A stretch of DNA of 62,917 nt, counting the filler, from Octopus bimaculoides (lineage: Eukaryota): assembly GCF_001194135.2 (NCBI RefSeq). It is 6 parts of 5 records of this genome, joined end to end, with 100 filler letters (N's around TTAATTAATTAA, not from the genome) between each part and the next. Parts side by side here need not be neighbours in the genome. Positions count along the whole stretch, not along the records: positions 47,486 to 55,447 come from NC_068982.1; positions 55,548 to 58,999 come from NC_069003.1; positions 59,100 to 62,917 come from NC_068986.1; 3 more parts are not named here. One strand, 5' to 3'. The notes beneath the pieces were generated by a model. That model was not told where the DNA came from. It worked only from the letters and a program-made list of their open reading frames with translations, and ran no database searches. Position numbers and translations under genes: made by a program. Of this stretch, positions 51,540-62,917 are shown in pieces (the first letter of the stretch is position 1; each line of letters opens with the position of its first letter).

Positions 51540-52380
51540 GTCTTCTCTCTTCTTTTCAAACAGTCCATGCATTCTCATTTCAAGTTCTTTTCTCTGCTCC
51601 CTCTCACACCCCACTCCCACATATGACCACACTCTCACCCAAACAACATCCTCATCAGCAATCCACACCCTCCTGCCAACCCACAACTCATCAAGCACAC
51701 CCCACACTCGCATCCCCCACACCACACCACACCCCACGACACAACACATTACCATACACCACCACACCACAACATACCACACCACACTAGACACGACCAC
51801 ATCACAACACAACATACCACATCACACCTCCCTACCACACCACACCACACCACACTACACCATCACACCACAACACACAACACGTTAAACGTCACACAAC
51901 ACCACTACACCACACCACCCTGCACACACTAGCATTCAACATTTTTCAGCAACCACATAAGACCCCCCACCACATCATACCACCCCGCACATACTAGCAC
52001 TAACCACTTCCCAGCACCCACACAATCATCCACACACCTACACATGCACACACCCACACGTCAAGGTCACCAGCCCCTATCCACACGCATACACACGCTC
52101 TCACAAACACATGCACGCGCACCTTCGTTTTGGGATCACTACTCTTTCATTATCTCCCCTTCTTCCCAGCTCTCCTGTCTGTCCACCTCTGTCCGACCAT
52201 CACCATGACTGACCGCTAGCTACTAAAGCTTTGTTTCTTTATTCACTCTCTGTTTATTTTCTCATGTTCCTTTCTGTTGAAGAGCGTAGTCTCGAAACGT
52301 AAAAGACGTTCTCACCTTCCGAGCGTTAAAGTAATACACCTGCTTGTTGCTTACACGCCTGTCCTTGTCTTTCGCTTTTT
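51540..52380 (+). mobile_element. 3' end of a Penelope-like element (CA-rich region plus terminal repeat)
   Basis: Homologous to 35840-36845 (TCTTCTCTCTTC..., TTCGTTTTGGGATCAC..., GAGCGTTAAAGTAATACACCTGCTTGTTG). Confidence 0.8.
52270..52305 (+). ncRNA. Minimal hammerhead-like motif in the PLE terminal repeat (CUGUUGA core)
   Basis: CTTT-CTGTTGA-A-GAG-CGTAGT-CTC-GAAA-CGT-A-AAAG. Confidence 0.65.
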
Positions 52381-52395
52381 TTTTTGTAAATTCCA

Positions 52396-52452
<57 letters not shown>

Positions 52453-52473
52453 NNNNNNNNNNNNNNNNNNNNN

Positions 52474-52508
<35 letters not shown>

Positions 52509-55389
52509 CTCACATTCACATACGGATACACACAAACAAATGCGTACACACATACACACACGCACACATCTATCTTTCTATCTATCTATATACTACTAAA
52601 ACTCTATGATTGCTTACTTGCTTGCGTGCTTGGTATAAGTAAATATAGTAATTCTCCTGAAATTATTAGTGTATTATATATCCCTCACCGCAGATAGTTA
52701 ATCAATAGGTTGATCATTTCAAGGTTTGACAACAGAATTGATGTTTTCATGAGTAGTTTATTGTCACTGTTAACGATACAAGTGCAGAATAAGGGAAATG
52801 AAACGGAGCATTTATTCCGGGATTACTTGAACTCAAATCTTCTCAGATGATCTACTGAATCCACGTGTGCTAGAATTTTTAGTGAAGTTACTAATTCAAT
52901 TAATCAATTTGAGACAAATTTATCCATTGTTTGCCTTGTAGCTGACTTTTCAAAGTTGGCTTACTATCTTGACAAATGCACATATACTCAATTTAATTGA
53001 CCCTGATGACTGGGCACGATTCTTATTAATGGTCACCAAAGGATAAACAAAGATGAAACCCAGATCCGGAAAATATAAAGTGCAAAACAGATGAATCTTA
53101 ACATCGCCTTAACAGCTCAATATTGACTCAATTAAAGAAAACAATCTATTGAATAATCTCCCCGGCTAAAATGTATTCCTGGTACATTGACATGAAATCT
53201 GCGTATTATGTAGATATAAAAATCTGTGTATAATAATAGAAACATTATTTCGAAATGTTCTTCTTTAAACCACAGATGGACCACTAGTATAAACTACCAA
53301 ATGAATGATTTGCAGTATTGTTATGGGGGAATTAATTGAGATATATGTCACAAACACTTCCCAACACATTCAGAATAAACATTAACGATAGGAAATTCAG
53401 ACAAAGATTTGGAATTTACAGCTGGTTTCAAATATATGTCTATAGCAGTTAATGGGCAGCAATAAAATTATGTGCAAATGCGAAATGCAAAAGAACGATT
53501 AAAATTAAGGAAAGACGAGGTAATGGAAATAGTTATTACACTAAGCTGCACCAACCAATTCCTTTTTACAGAACGAGAAGGAACAGATTATTAGATAGAA
53601 GTTATTTAGGAGCTTAAGAAGAACTTCGAGGTTTGGGCCTTTCATGTAGTATTTGGGATGAGTGAAATAAATTGGGAACATTTTCGCTTGAATTCCATGA
53701 AGAACGCAACGGGGATTTGAATGATAAACATTTCATAGGTAGAAAGCAGTTTGCTGTAAGCTATTTTATTAAATTTGAAATTTAGTTATGTTGCAATTTT
53801 CGAAACCAGACTAGACTTAGGCCATTTACCCGAAATTTGCTTCTCTGTTTTCTACAAGAAGATGTAATACATATAAAAGCGCATTTTGAATTCAGGCAAT
53901 TTGACACTTCGGTATAGGTTATAATGAGAGCATGCAGACGGCAAATGAATACACGAAGGCATTTTTGAAGCATTTATTATTTCGTAGACTGTTGCCACAA
54001 AGAATAAGTAAATATCTATCCTAGTTATTGATGCAATTGTTTGGATTGAAGCGTTTGACCGTGAAAACAATTTTTACAGCAGGAATAGTTAACACTTAAG
54101 ATAACTATGCAATGCTAAAAAGTAAATGCAATATTCAATACAGAGTGAGCAGAAATTAAATTTAGACATCGTTTAATTATTCTTCCAATTAAAGTGCAAA
54201 AAGGTTATATACCTAATACTTGTTTTAGGCTTCACAATATTGGAGAGGACTAATAAAATGAATCTTATGATTTTAAAAAGTGCTAAAGTAGGTCTTCTCC
54301 GGTAATAGTCAAAAAGTACATGCTATTTCCAATATTACACATTCAATTTAGTGATTACTTACAATTCTTTTACGTGTAAAGTATTTTCTCATACCTTCTT
54401 CGATAAAGAATAAGAGCAGAGCTTATTCATATTTCATCCTCAAGTGAATCATTTAAGAAAAGTTAACACTACTCAGATTAACATCAATTAAAATTTTTAA
54501 AAAATTACTGTCTTGAACATTATAATTCTTAACTGCTCATAGAGCGTGCTGTTACGATTATGTTGTCTCCATATATACTACCAAATTAATCAGGATTTAT
54601 TTTAAGAATTTAGATAATATTCAGTTCCAAAGTTCTAGATGGGCCAAGCGCCATATTTTGTACCCATGTATAAATTCTGTTTTACACTTGTATAAATTCT
54701 GTTCTATGTTTACTTAAATTAGGGGTATGGTTCGCAGTTTCAGTATTGAGTATTAAATACACATAAATACACACCTGTAATATTATTTGCGTCACAGCAA
54801 ACGTTAATTACTTAGCATATATTGGCATGTAACTATGTCTATGTTACTGATTAGTGAATGTATCAAGAGTAGAACAACTTTTATATATTCGTTTGAAATG
54901 ACACATAAAACGTTTAAGCAGTTCATATTCAATTTCCATATATAGGTATTAAGTATATTTCCTTAATATACAAAACGCTATGAGGAAACATGATGTGTGT
55001 GTTATGTGTTTACATAAACTCCAAATGCAGTACAGTAATTATGACTTTCGGAAATAATTGTTACGCTCTGAATTGTCGAAGCATGGAATGAAGTGTACGA
55101 AGCAGTTGATAACTATCAGGTTAATGCATCCTTCAAAAGTTTCATGCATTCTGAAAATCGCCAGCATTACAACTAGTCTCCATGTGCTCCATTTGTCAAT
55201 ATGTTTCATATATTCTTAAATATTCTGACATTTTGGGTTTCATTCATTGTAGCTTTCATGCCATTTTGGTTTCATTGTTGCCTTTATTAACTTCACTTCT
55301 TGCTCAGTGCAGCTAAACAATGTATAGTATGAGCTATAAAAAAAAATAGTAATAATACCTAATATAATATTAATAATAATAATAATAAC

Positions 55390-55447
<58 letters not shown>

Positions 55448-55669
55448 NNNNNNNNNNNNNNNNNNNNNNNNNNNNNNNNNNNNNNNNNNNNTTAATTAAT
55501 TAANNNNNNNNNNNNNNNNNNNNNNNNNNNNNNNNNNNNNNNNNNNNATAGAAAGATAAATAAATACATACACTCATATGTGCATGTGTGTGTGTATGTA
55601 TGTATGTGTGAATGTATGTGTGTATGTATGTGTGTATGCGTGTGTGTGTATATGTGTGTGCATGTCTGC

Positions 55670-55700
<31 letters not shown>

Positions 55701-56202
55701 CGTGCGTGGGTGTGTGTTTGTGTGTATGTGTGTTCGTGGAAGAAAAACTCTATGCACTATCTGGAATTTCTTTTGATCGACATTTCGAATCCTATTGAAT
55801 AGAAAACTAGAAATGATTCCTGGGTCACTGCTTCATATTTTCGAGTAAAAATAAGGAAGACTCTACAAGATTTCTCAAATCAATAGACAGCATTCATCTA
55901 TCGATCCAGTTCACTATCGAAATGAATGAAAGAGAACTTCCTTTTCTGGACATTCAGATAACTAAAGAAAATGGGACACTCATAACCAATCTCTACCGCC
56001 AGGACAAAGACACCCACAGATATTTAGATTTTAGATCGTGACACCCTTCCCAAACTAAAAAGAACATTCATTCCTTTTAATATAGGAAAATGCAACGTGT
56101 ATACTCAATAGTTCTAGTCACAAACAAGAGGAGAAATGTCTGGTAGGACTAAATATGTTCTTTCAGCAACAAAATATTCCCAAGACTTATGCATTTTACG
56201 AT

Positions 56203-56356
56203 ACGTAGCTGTGTGGTAAGAAACTTGCTTTCCACCATATGGTTCCGGGTTTAGTCCTACTGCATGGCACCTTGGGCAAGTGTCTTCTGTTATAGATTCG
56301 GACCGACCAAAGCCTCGTGAGTGGATTTGGTAAACAGAAACTGAAAGATACCCGTC

Positions 56357-56357
<1 letters not shown>
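56203..56357 (+). mobile_element. SINE family A, full length, with (TA)n tail
   Basis: GTAGCTGTGTGGTAAGAAACTTGC...GGTTCCGGGTTTAGTCC...ACCTTGGGCAAGTG. Confidence 0.88.
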
Positions 56358-56389
<32 letters not shown>

Positions 56390-56721
56390 NNNNNNNNNNN
56401 NNNNNNNNNNNNNNNNNNNNNNNNNNNNNNNNNNNNNNNNNNNNNNNNNNNNNNNNNNNNNNNNNNNNNNNNNNNNNNNNNNNNNNNNNNNNNNNNNNNN
56501 NNNNNNNNNNNNNNNNNNNNNNNNNNNNNNNNNNNNNNNNNNNNNNNNNNNNNNNNNNNNNNNNNNNNNNNNNNNNNNNNNNNNNNNNNNNNNNNNNNNN
56601 NNNNNNNNNNNNNNNNNNNNNNNNNNNNNNNNNNNNNNNNNNNNNNNNNNNNNNNNNTGTGTATGTGTGTGTGTGTATGTGTGTGTGTGTGTGTATTTAT
56701 TTGTGTGTATATATATTTATG

Positions 56722-56947
56722 TGTGTGTTTCTTCGTGTCTATGTTTGTCACCCCATCACCGCTTGACAACCAGTGTTGCTATGTTTACGTCCACGTAACT
56801 TAGCGGGTCATCAAAAGAGACCGATATAATAAATACTAGGCTTAAAAATAAATCTTGGGGTCGATTTGTTCGACTAAAACCCCAAAAGGCGGTGCTCCAG
56901 TATGGTGCAGTCAACATAACTGAAACAAGTAAAAGAATAAAAGAATA
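56722..56947 (+). mobile_element. SINE-like family B
   Basis: Matches 12052-12240 (reverse complement). Confidence 0.88.
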
Positions 56948-56986
56948 GAACACCCAAAGGAAATCTCATTCTTTACCATACAGAGA

Positions 56987-57215
56987 AATACAATAATCCT
57001 TCACCATATCGCGGTTCACCTATCGCGGTTCACATATCGCAGTTTATTATTTAAGCTTACGTCGATTCCTCTGTGATGTTGCTTTGCATTTTTGGTAAAA
57101 TAAATATATACAAATTATAAAAATAATTAAAAAATTATATACTATACAGTACTGTTTCTATTTCGTGGATTTTCACCTATCGTGGGTGGGGTAGGGGGTT
57201 GGAACGTAACAACGA
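56987..57215. mobile_element. Tigger/pogo-like MITE remnant
   Basis: TACAATAATCCTTCACCATATCGCGGTTCACCTATCGCGG... start and GGAACGTAAC end resemble Tigger termini. Confidence 0.55.
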
Positions 57216-57884
57216 GGATGAAAATAAACACAAATATAAATATTCTATTTGTAGTCACTCATAATTTTAGAAAATTGAACGTCTTACATTCGGTCAAACG
57301 ATACCTCCCAGTTATATATATATCGATCATCGAATCTCGGATAAATAATGAAATAATGACCAGTTACCAACAGCTGAAGACAGCCACAAAGACGAGGTTC
57401 ACACCGGAGAAAGAAATGATGCAGGTGACAGATTGTAGAGACCCTTATTGTAAGACGCGTGAAAACACTGAACAAGGAACAATCAAACAATCAGAAGTAA
57501 CTGAAGGTGAGTCCAAGCTTGAATTGCATAAAAAAAAAAACAAACACAAAAAAAAAAAACTGATATATTGCATCAAATGACTACAGTGTAAAGAGAATTA
57601 CATCGGAGAAACAAGAACAAAACTAACCAGCCGTGTGAGAGTGCACAAACAGCAAACTAAAAATTTATCTTTAACTAGCTTGAAAAGTGCCAACGCATGA
57701 AACTCTCGGTCCTAAAGTCACTTTTGCTTCTGCTAAATATTAGTAAAAACATATACTTATACACATCTTTTGTGTTCCATTTTTCTTGTTTGCATCACCA
57801 AACACATACACACACACACGCACGCACGCACGCACGCACGCACAAATATGTACGTTTGATATATATATATACATACATACATAC

Positions 57885-57918
<34 letters not shown>

Positions 57919-58443
57919 NNNNNNNNNNNNNNNNNNNNNNNNNNNNNNNNNNNNNNNNNNNNNNNNNNNNNNNNNNNNNNNNNNNNNNNNNNNNNNNNNN
58001 NNNNNNNNNNNNNNNNNNNNNNNNNNNNNNNNNNNNNNNNNNNNNNNNNNNNNNNNNNNNNNNNNNNNNNNNNNNNNNNNNNNNNNNNNNNNNNNNNNNN
58101 NNNNNNNNNNNNNNNNNNNNNNNNNNNNNNNNNNNNNNNNNNNNNNNNNNNNNNNNNNNNNNNNNNNNNNNNNNNNNNNNNNNNNNNNNNNNNNNNNNNN
58201 NNTGATCCTTATCTCTCTCACGGCATTATTTACTTATATTCCACTTGAGGCGTAAATTGGAAGCCGGTGATAATTATCATGTTCGTGGTAATTGAAAGGG
58301 TAAGGAATGGGGAAAATTAGTGTGTGTGTATGTGTGTGTGTGCACGCGTTTGAGTGCATGCGTGCACGATGTGTGTATGTATGTATGTATTTATATATGT
58401 ATGTCTGAATGTATGTATGTATGTATGTATGTATGTATGTCAT

Positions 58444-58616
58444 TACTCTTTTACAAAGAATAAGCTCTGGGGTCGATTTGCTCGACTAAAGGCGACCCGG
58501 AAAGGATGAAAGGTAAAATCAACCTCGGCGGAATTTGAACTCAGAACGTAACGGCAGACGAAATACCGCTAAACATTTCGCCCAGCGTGCTAACGTTTCT
58601 GCCAGCTCGCCGCCTT
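58444..58616. mobile_element. Junction of a SINE B fragment (+, 58444-58494) and a SINE C head (-, 58493-58616)
   Basis: GGTCGATTTGCTCGACTAAAGG|CG|ACCCGGAAAGGATGAAAGG...GCCAGCTCGCCGCCTT. Confidence 0.85.
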
Positions 58617-58735
58617 CGCAATCGCAGATATTATTGATTCTGTTATTATCCTTTTCAAATTGTTACACTAGATAATAATTGAGTCAATGTTATCTTCGCT
58701 AATTATTTTTCTCGTGAATTATTTGCTCCGTATTC

Positions 58736-58787
<52 letters not shown>

Positions 58788-58789
58788 GC

Positions 58790-59227
58790 ATGTTTGTGTC
58801 TGTGTTTGTCTCGTCACTATCGCTTGGCAGTAGTGTGTTTACGTCCCCGTAACTTAGCAGTTCGGCAAAGCAAAACCAATAGAATAACTACTAGGCTTAC
58901 AAAGAATAAGTCCTGGAATCGAATTGTTCGACTAAACCCACTAAGGTAGTGCTCCAACATTGCCGCAGTCAAATGGTTGAAACAAATAAGAGAAATGCAN
59001 NNNNNNNNNNNNNNNNNNNNNNNNNNNNNNNNNNNNNNNNNNNTTAATTAATTAANNNNNNNNNNNNNNNNNNNNNNNNNNNNNNNNNNNNNNNNNNNNC
59101 CGTAACTTAGCGGTTCGGAAAAAAGACCGATAGCATAAGTACTAGGCTTACAAAGAATAAGTCCTGGGGTTGATTTGTTCGACTAAAGGCGGTGCTCCAG
59201 TATGGCCACAGTCAAATGACTGAAACA
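58790..59227 (+). mobile_element. Two SINE-like family B copies separated by a gap (58790-58998; 59100-59227)
   Basis: Both carry CGTAACTTAGC.GTTCGG...GAATAAGTCCTGG...CAGTCAAATG. Confidence 0.88.
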
Positions 59228-59494
59228 AGTAAAAGAGTAAAAGAGTAACCGTCATTTTAATGTTCATATATCTTTACCACACACTCGTTCAGTCGATGTT
59301 GACAATGTATCTGTCTTATTTTAGCAGACCTGGGCAAGAATTTTGTAGAAGTTAGCAGTCTCCTCTTACCATATCACCAGTGTAGTCCAAGAGGAAGGCT
59401 TTTCTTTATCGTCGTAAATGTTGCCATTAGAGCGCAAAGAGCCGGTACACATAGCACTAGCCATCTTGTCTACCACTCTAACAATTCTCTCAAT

Positions 59495-59640
59495 CCACCA
59501 CATTGGATTATATACTTTTTATCAACCCCGAAAAGATGAAAGATAAAATTAACCTCGGCATGATTTGAACTTGGTGCAGAAAATTGGAACAAACACTGCG
59601 ATTCATTCTATTAAATGCATTAACAACTCCACCAGTTCTC
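59495..59640 (-). mobile_element. SINE family C, diverged
   Basis: TTTATCAACCCCGAAAAGATGAAAGATAAAATTAACCTCGGCATGATTTGAACT. Confidence 0.7.
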
Positions 59641-60244
59641 TAGTGGTTTCCCATTACCTACTCCAAGCTCACAGAAGTTGATCAGACCACAAGTCAAATT
59701 TACTGTGCTCAATGTAGCGATTCTCAAATTGCGAAATACCAGATCCCCATAACAAAAAAATATAAGTGAAATTTGTCCTCTCCCTTCTATATTGATGAAA
59801 AAAGAAAACAAAGTTTGCATCCATATAATTCTTCTTTCACTATCATGGTGTCGGCCTGAAAGTATAATATATCTAATTTAACCGGAAATAAAAACACACC
59901 GGTAAATAAGATATATAGCAAAGTTATGTTTTTGATAAGCTGTTTGATTCTGGACGAATGCTTGTCTAGGCAAGTCGCATATCACCTTTCACTTACAGAC
60001 GATTTCTATACTTCACTTTATACTTGCTATAGCAGAAAGCTCTTTTTTGGTACAAATGTATTCAGCCAAATGGAAAAGCAGGTTTTCTACTACTGCCTTC
60101 TTTGACCAATTTGGATACTGCTGAACAAACACAAATTCATTCTATAGCAATTAGTCCCTCCCTTCTTAAACATTCACTACTTCAAAGGACGAAACTTATA
60201 TGTAGCTGGGTAAATTGGGTTGTTTTAAGACTTACATATGCCAC

Positions 60245-61545
60245 ATACGATGCCAAAGTTTGGGACAAGTCCTTCGAGGATCTTCCAGATGTATATTATG
60301 ACATATCTTTCTCGCCTACGCTCTAAGGATTAGAGTCTTAATCTCTTGAGTCTTTCCCAATAGTTTATATGCTGCATAGAGGTTAACTTCTTCGTGTAGC
60401 TTCATTGGATTGCCTCAAGTTCTGAGATTAATTTAACACTGGTTGGTGACCATAGCTGAGAGCAATAGTCAAAGTGGCTTAGGACAAGTGTCCTCCAGAG
60501 GACCATCATGGTTTCCTGATCTCTTGTTCTAAAAGTTCTAAGAATCCATCCAGTCAGTCGCCTGCATTTCATTGACAATTTAGCAACATGCACATGAAAG
60601 GATGCATTATTACTCATGTAAATGCCCAGGTCTCGCACTGACTGTGCCTCTGAGATTGCAGTCCCTCCAGGTTCAGTGTATTTAATGGGTACTGCATTTA
60701 GTTTTGCATGCTGATAGCACAAGGCTTGAAACATTTCAACATCAAACTGCATGTTATTCTTTTCAGCCCACTTGTATATTTCATCCAGCTCACATTGCAG
60801 GTGCATAGTGTCTTCAGGGTTCTGTATTACCTGTAAGACTTTTGTATCATCTGCATAACTTGTGATTGTGGCTCTCTGTGTGGCTGAGGGCATGTCTGAG
60901 AGGGCCATTATGAACAGTAGTGGTCCCAAAACAGTGCCTTGCGGAACACCGCTCACTATTTGCGTGTGATTTGAGGTGGCCCCATTGGCTACTACCACCT
61001 GGCTTCTATCCTTCAGAAAGTCATGAAGCCATTCTCCCAATTTTCCAACTATGCCGAGATCACACAGTTTGTGACATACCATTCCATGATCGAATTTATC
61101 AAAGGCCTTTGCAAAGTCAAGATATATCACTTCCACATTTGAGTGGTTAAGTAGCTGTTTCAGCACCCAGTCATAGTGTTGTAAGAGCTGAGTCAGGCAG
61201 CTTCTTCCTGGTTGGAAACCATGTTGGATGTCAGGCAGCAAGTCATTTTCTTCAAGGAAGGTGATTAGTTTTCTTCTGACTATTCGTTCCATGACCTTGC
61301 TGATGTGCGAGGTCAGAGAGATAGGTCGGAAGTTCTTGGCCTCCGCTCTGCTACCTCCTTTATGAATAGGGCATATTTTACCCTCATTCAGTTTTCTTGG
61401 GAGTTTGCCAGATGCAATGAAGCTCTGAAAGAGTGACTGCAGTGGTCTTGCTAGGACTCGCTTACATACTTTTAGAAGGATTGCTGGGAATCCATCAAGG
61501 CCAGGAGCTGAGTGTGGGTTCATTTCATCTATAGCCCTTATTACA
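60245..61545 (-). mobile_element. CR1-group LINE, 5'-truncated
   Basis: RT ORF plus downstream YWERLKRLRL*SLERRRERY..IYIWKILEGLVPN; the 5' end abuts a SINE B tail at 61544-61565. Confidence 0.9.
60402..61523 (-). CDS. LINE reverse transcriptase domain, open for 373 codons (element-encoded, truncated)
   Basis: SAPGLDG, NFRPISLTS, QHGF, YLDFAKAFD, SGVPQGTVLGPLLF, YADDTK and RDLG motifs. Confidence 0.92.
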   Translation of the reverse strand: MNPHSAPGLDGFPAILLKVCKRVLARPLQSLFQSFIASGKLPRKLNEGKICPIHKGGSRAEAKNFRPISLTSHISKVMERIVRRKLITFLEENDLLPDIQHGFQPGRSCLTQLLQHYDWVLKQLLNHSNVEVIYLDFAKAFDKFDHGMVCHKLCDLGIVGKLGEWLHDFLKDRSQVVVANGATSNHTQIVSGVPQGTVLGPLLFIMALSDMPSATQRATITSYADDTKVLQVIQNPEDTMHLQCELDEIYKWAEKNNMQFDVEMFQALCYQHAKLNAVPIKYTEPGGTAISEAQSVRDLGIYMSNNASFHVHVAKLSMKCRRLTGWILRTFRTRDQETMMVLWRTLVLSHFDYCSQLWSPTSVKLISELEAIQ

Positions 61546-62600
61546 AGTAAAAGAGTAAAAGAGTAATAATATATCTAATATATATATATATATAATATAT
61601 AATATATATATAATATACATGATATATATAATATATATATAATATATATATATATANNNNNNNNNNNNNNNNNNNNNNNNNNNNNNNNNNNNNNNNNNNN
61701 NNNNNNNNNNNNNNNNNNNNNNNNNNNNNNNNNNNNNNNNNNNNNNNNNNNNNNNNNNNNNNNNNNNNNNNNNNNNNNNNNNNNNNNNNNNNNNNNNNNN
61801 NNNNNNNNNNNNNNNNNNNNNNNNNNNNNNNNNNNNNNNNNNNNNNNNNNNNNNNNNNNNNNNNNNNNNNNNNNNNNNNNNNNNNNNNNNNNNNNNNNNN
61901 NNNNNNNNNNNNNNNNNNNNNNNNNNNNNNNNNNNNNNNNNNNNNNNNNNNNNNNNNNNNNNNNNNNNNNNNNNNNNNNNNNNNNNNNNNNNNNNNNNNN
62001 NNNNNNNNNNNNNNNNNNNNNNNNNNNNNNNNNNNNNNNNNNNNNNNNNNNNNNNNNNNNNNNNNNNNNNNNNNNNNNNNNNNNNNNNNNNNNNNNNNNN
62101 NNNNNNNNNNNNNNNNNNNNNNNNNNNNNNNNNNNNNNNNNNNNNNNNNNNNNNNNNNNNNNNNNNNNNNNNNNNNNNNNNNNNNNNNNNNNNNNNNNNN
62201 NNNNNNNNNNNNNNNNNNNNNNNNNNNNNNNNNNNNNNNNNNNNNNNNNNNNNNNNNNNNNNNNNNNNNNNNNNNNNNNNNNNNNNNNNNNNNNNNNNNN
62301 NNNNNNNNNNNNNNNNNNNNNNNNNNNNNNNNNNNNNNNNNNNNNNNNNNNNNNNNNNNNNNNNNNNNNNNNNNNNNNNNNNNNNNNNNNNNNNNNNNNN
62401 NNNNNNNNNNNNNNNNNNNNNNNNNNNNNNNNNNNNNNNNNNNNNNNNNNNNNNNNNNNNNNNNNNNNNNNNNNNNNNNNNNNNNNNNNNNNNNNNNNNN
62501 NNNNNNNNNNNNNNNNNNNNNNNNNNNNNNNNNNNNNNNNNNNNNNNNNNNNNNNNNNNNNNNNNNNNNNNNNNNNNNNNNNNNNNNNNNNNNNNNNNNT

Positions 62601-62870
62601 CTCTCTCTCTCTCTTAGTTACCTGTCAAAAGATATGCTAGGACCGATCTCCCCTTCCCCTCTCTCAGTGACTAGTAAAAGCTTTGAGAAGGGTATGCAAT
62701 GAGAATCTAGCATATAGACACTCCCTAACTCCTTATCTATGTTAGCTTGTCCTTCCTTCCTTCCCCCTCTCTCTCTTTCTCTCTCTCTCTCTTAGTGACC
62801 TGTCAAAAGATATGCTAAGACCGATAGCATATATATTTTGTACCCCTTCCTCTCTCTGTCAGTGATTCCA
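62601..62870. repeat. ~180-bp tandem repeat with (CT)n head
   Basis: (CT)nTAGT.ACCTGTCAAAAGATATGCTA.GACCGAT occurs at about 62610 and 62790. Confidence 0.8.
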
Positions 62871-62917
62871 CAAATTTATCATAGGAAGTAATGCTTTCTG
62901 ATAATAGCATGGCCCCC

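Larger units (their letters stand above)
55800..57665 (+). pseudogene. Second Penelope-like family, RT thumb and GIY-YIG, fragmented by nested insertions
   Basis: ELPFLDIQIT...TNLYRQDKDTHRYLDFRS*HP and KLIYCIK*LQCKENYIGETRTKLTSRVRVHKQQ. Confidence 0.85.

Noticed and set aside
52900-54000. Several good-looking splice acceptors and short frames in a repeat-poor AT-rich stretch
   Set aside because: All frames close quickly and no peptide is recognisable; UTR or lncRNA exons cannot be excluded

Overview
AT-rich, gap-riddled animal genomic DNA saturated with microsatellites and transposon debris. The SINE families and repeat style point to an octopus (coleoid cephalopod) draft assembly; this is an inference from pattern recognition, not a database match. 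There is no complete host gene and only 2-3 weak candidate exons. Recognisable elements are decayed RTE, CR1-like and RLE-type (R4/Dong/NeSL-like) LINEs, several Penelope-like elements (PLEs), mariner/maT, hAT, piggyBac and Tigger-like DNA elements, foldback elements and about five SINE families. The most interesting signal is a ~346-bp non-coding repeat family carrying a minimal type I hammerhead ribozyme. It occurs as a tandem plus inverted, circularly permuted array at 48981-49703 and as a diverged copy at 30095-30317. The copies show stem I covariation and a C3-G8 to U3-A8 compensatory core change, which fits a retrozyme-like (possibly circRNA-producing) system. Two further hammerhead-like motif families sit in or beside PLE ends. 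Boundaries of decayed elements are approximate and were read by eye.
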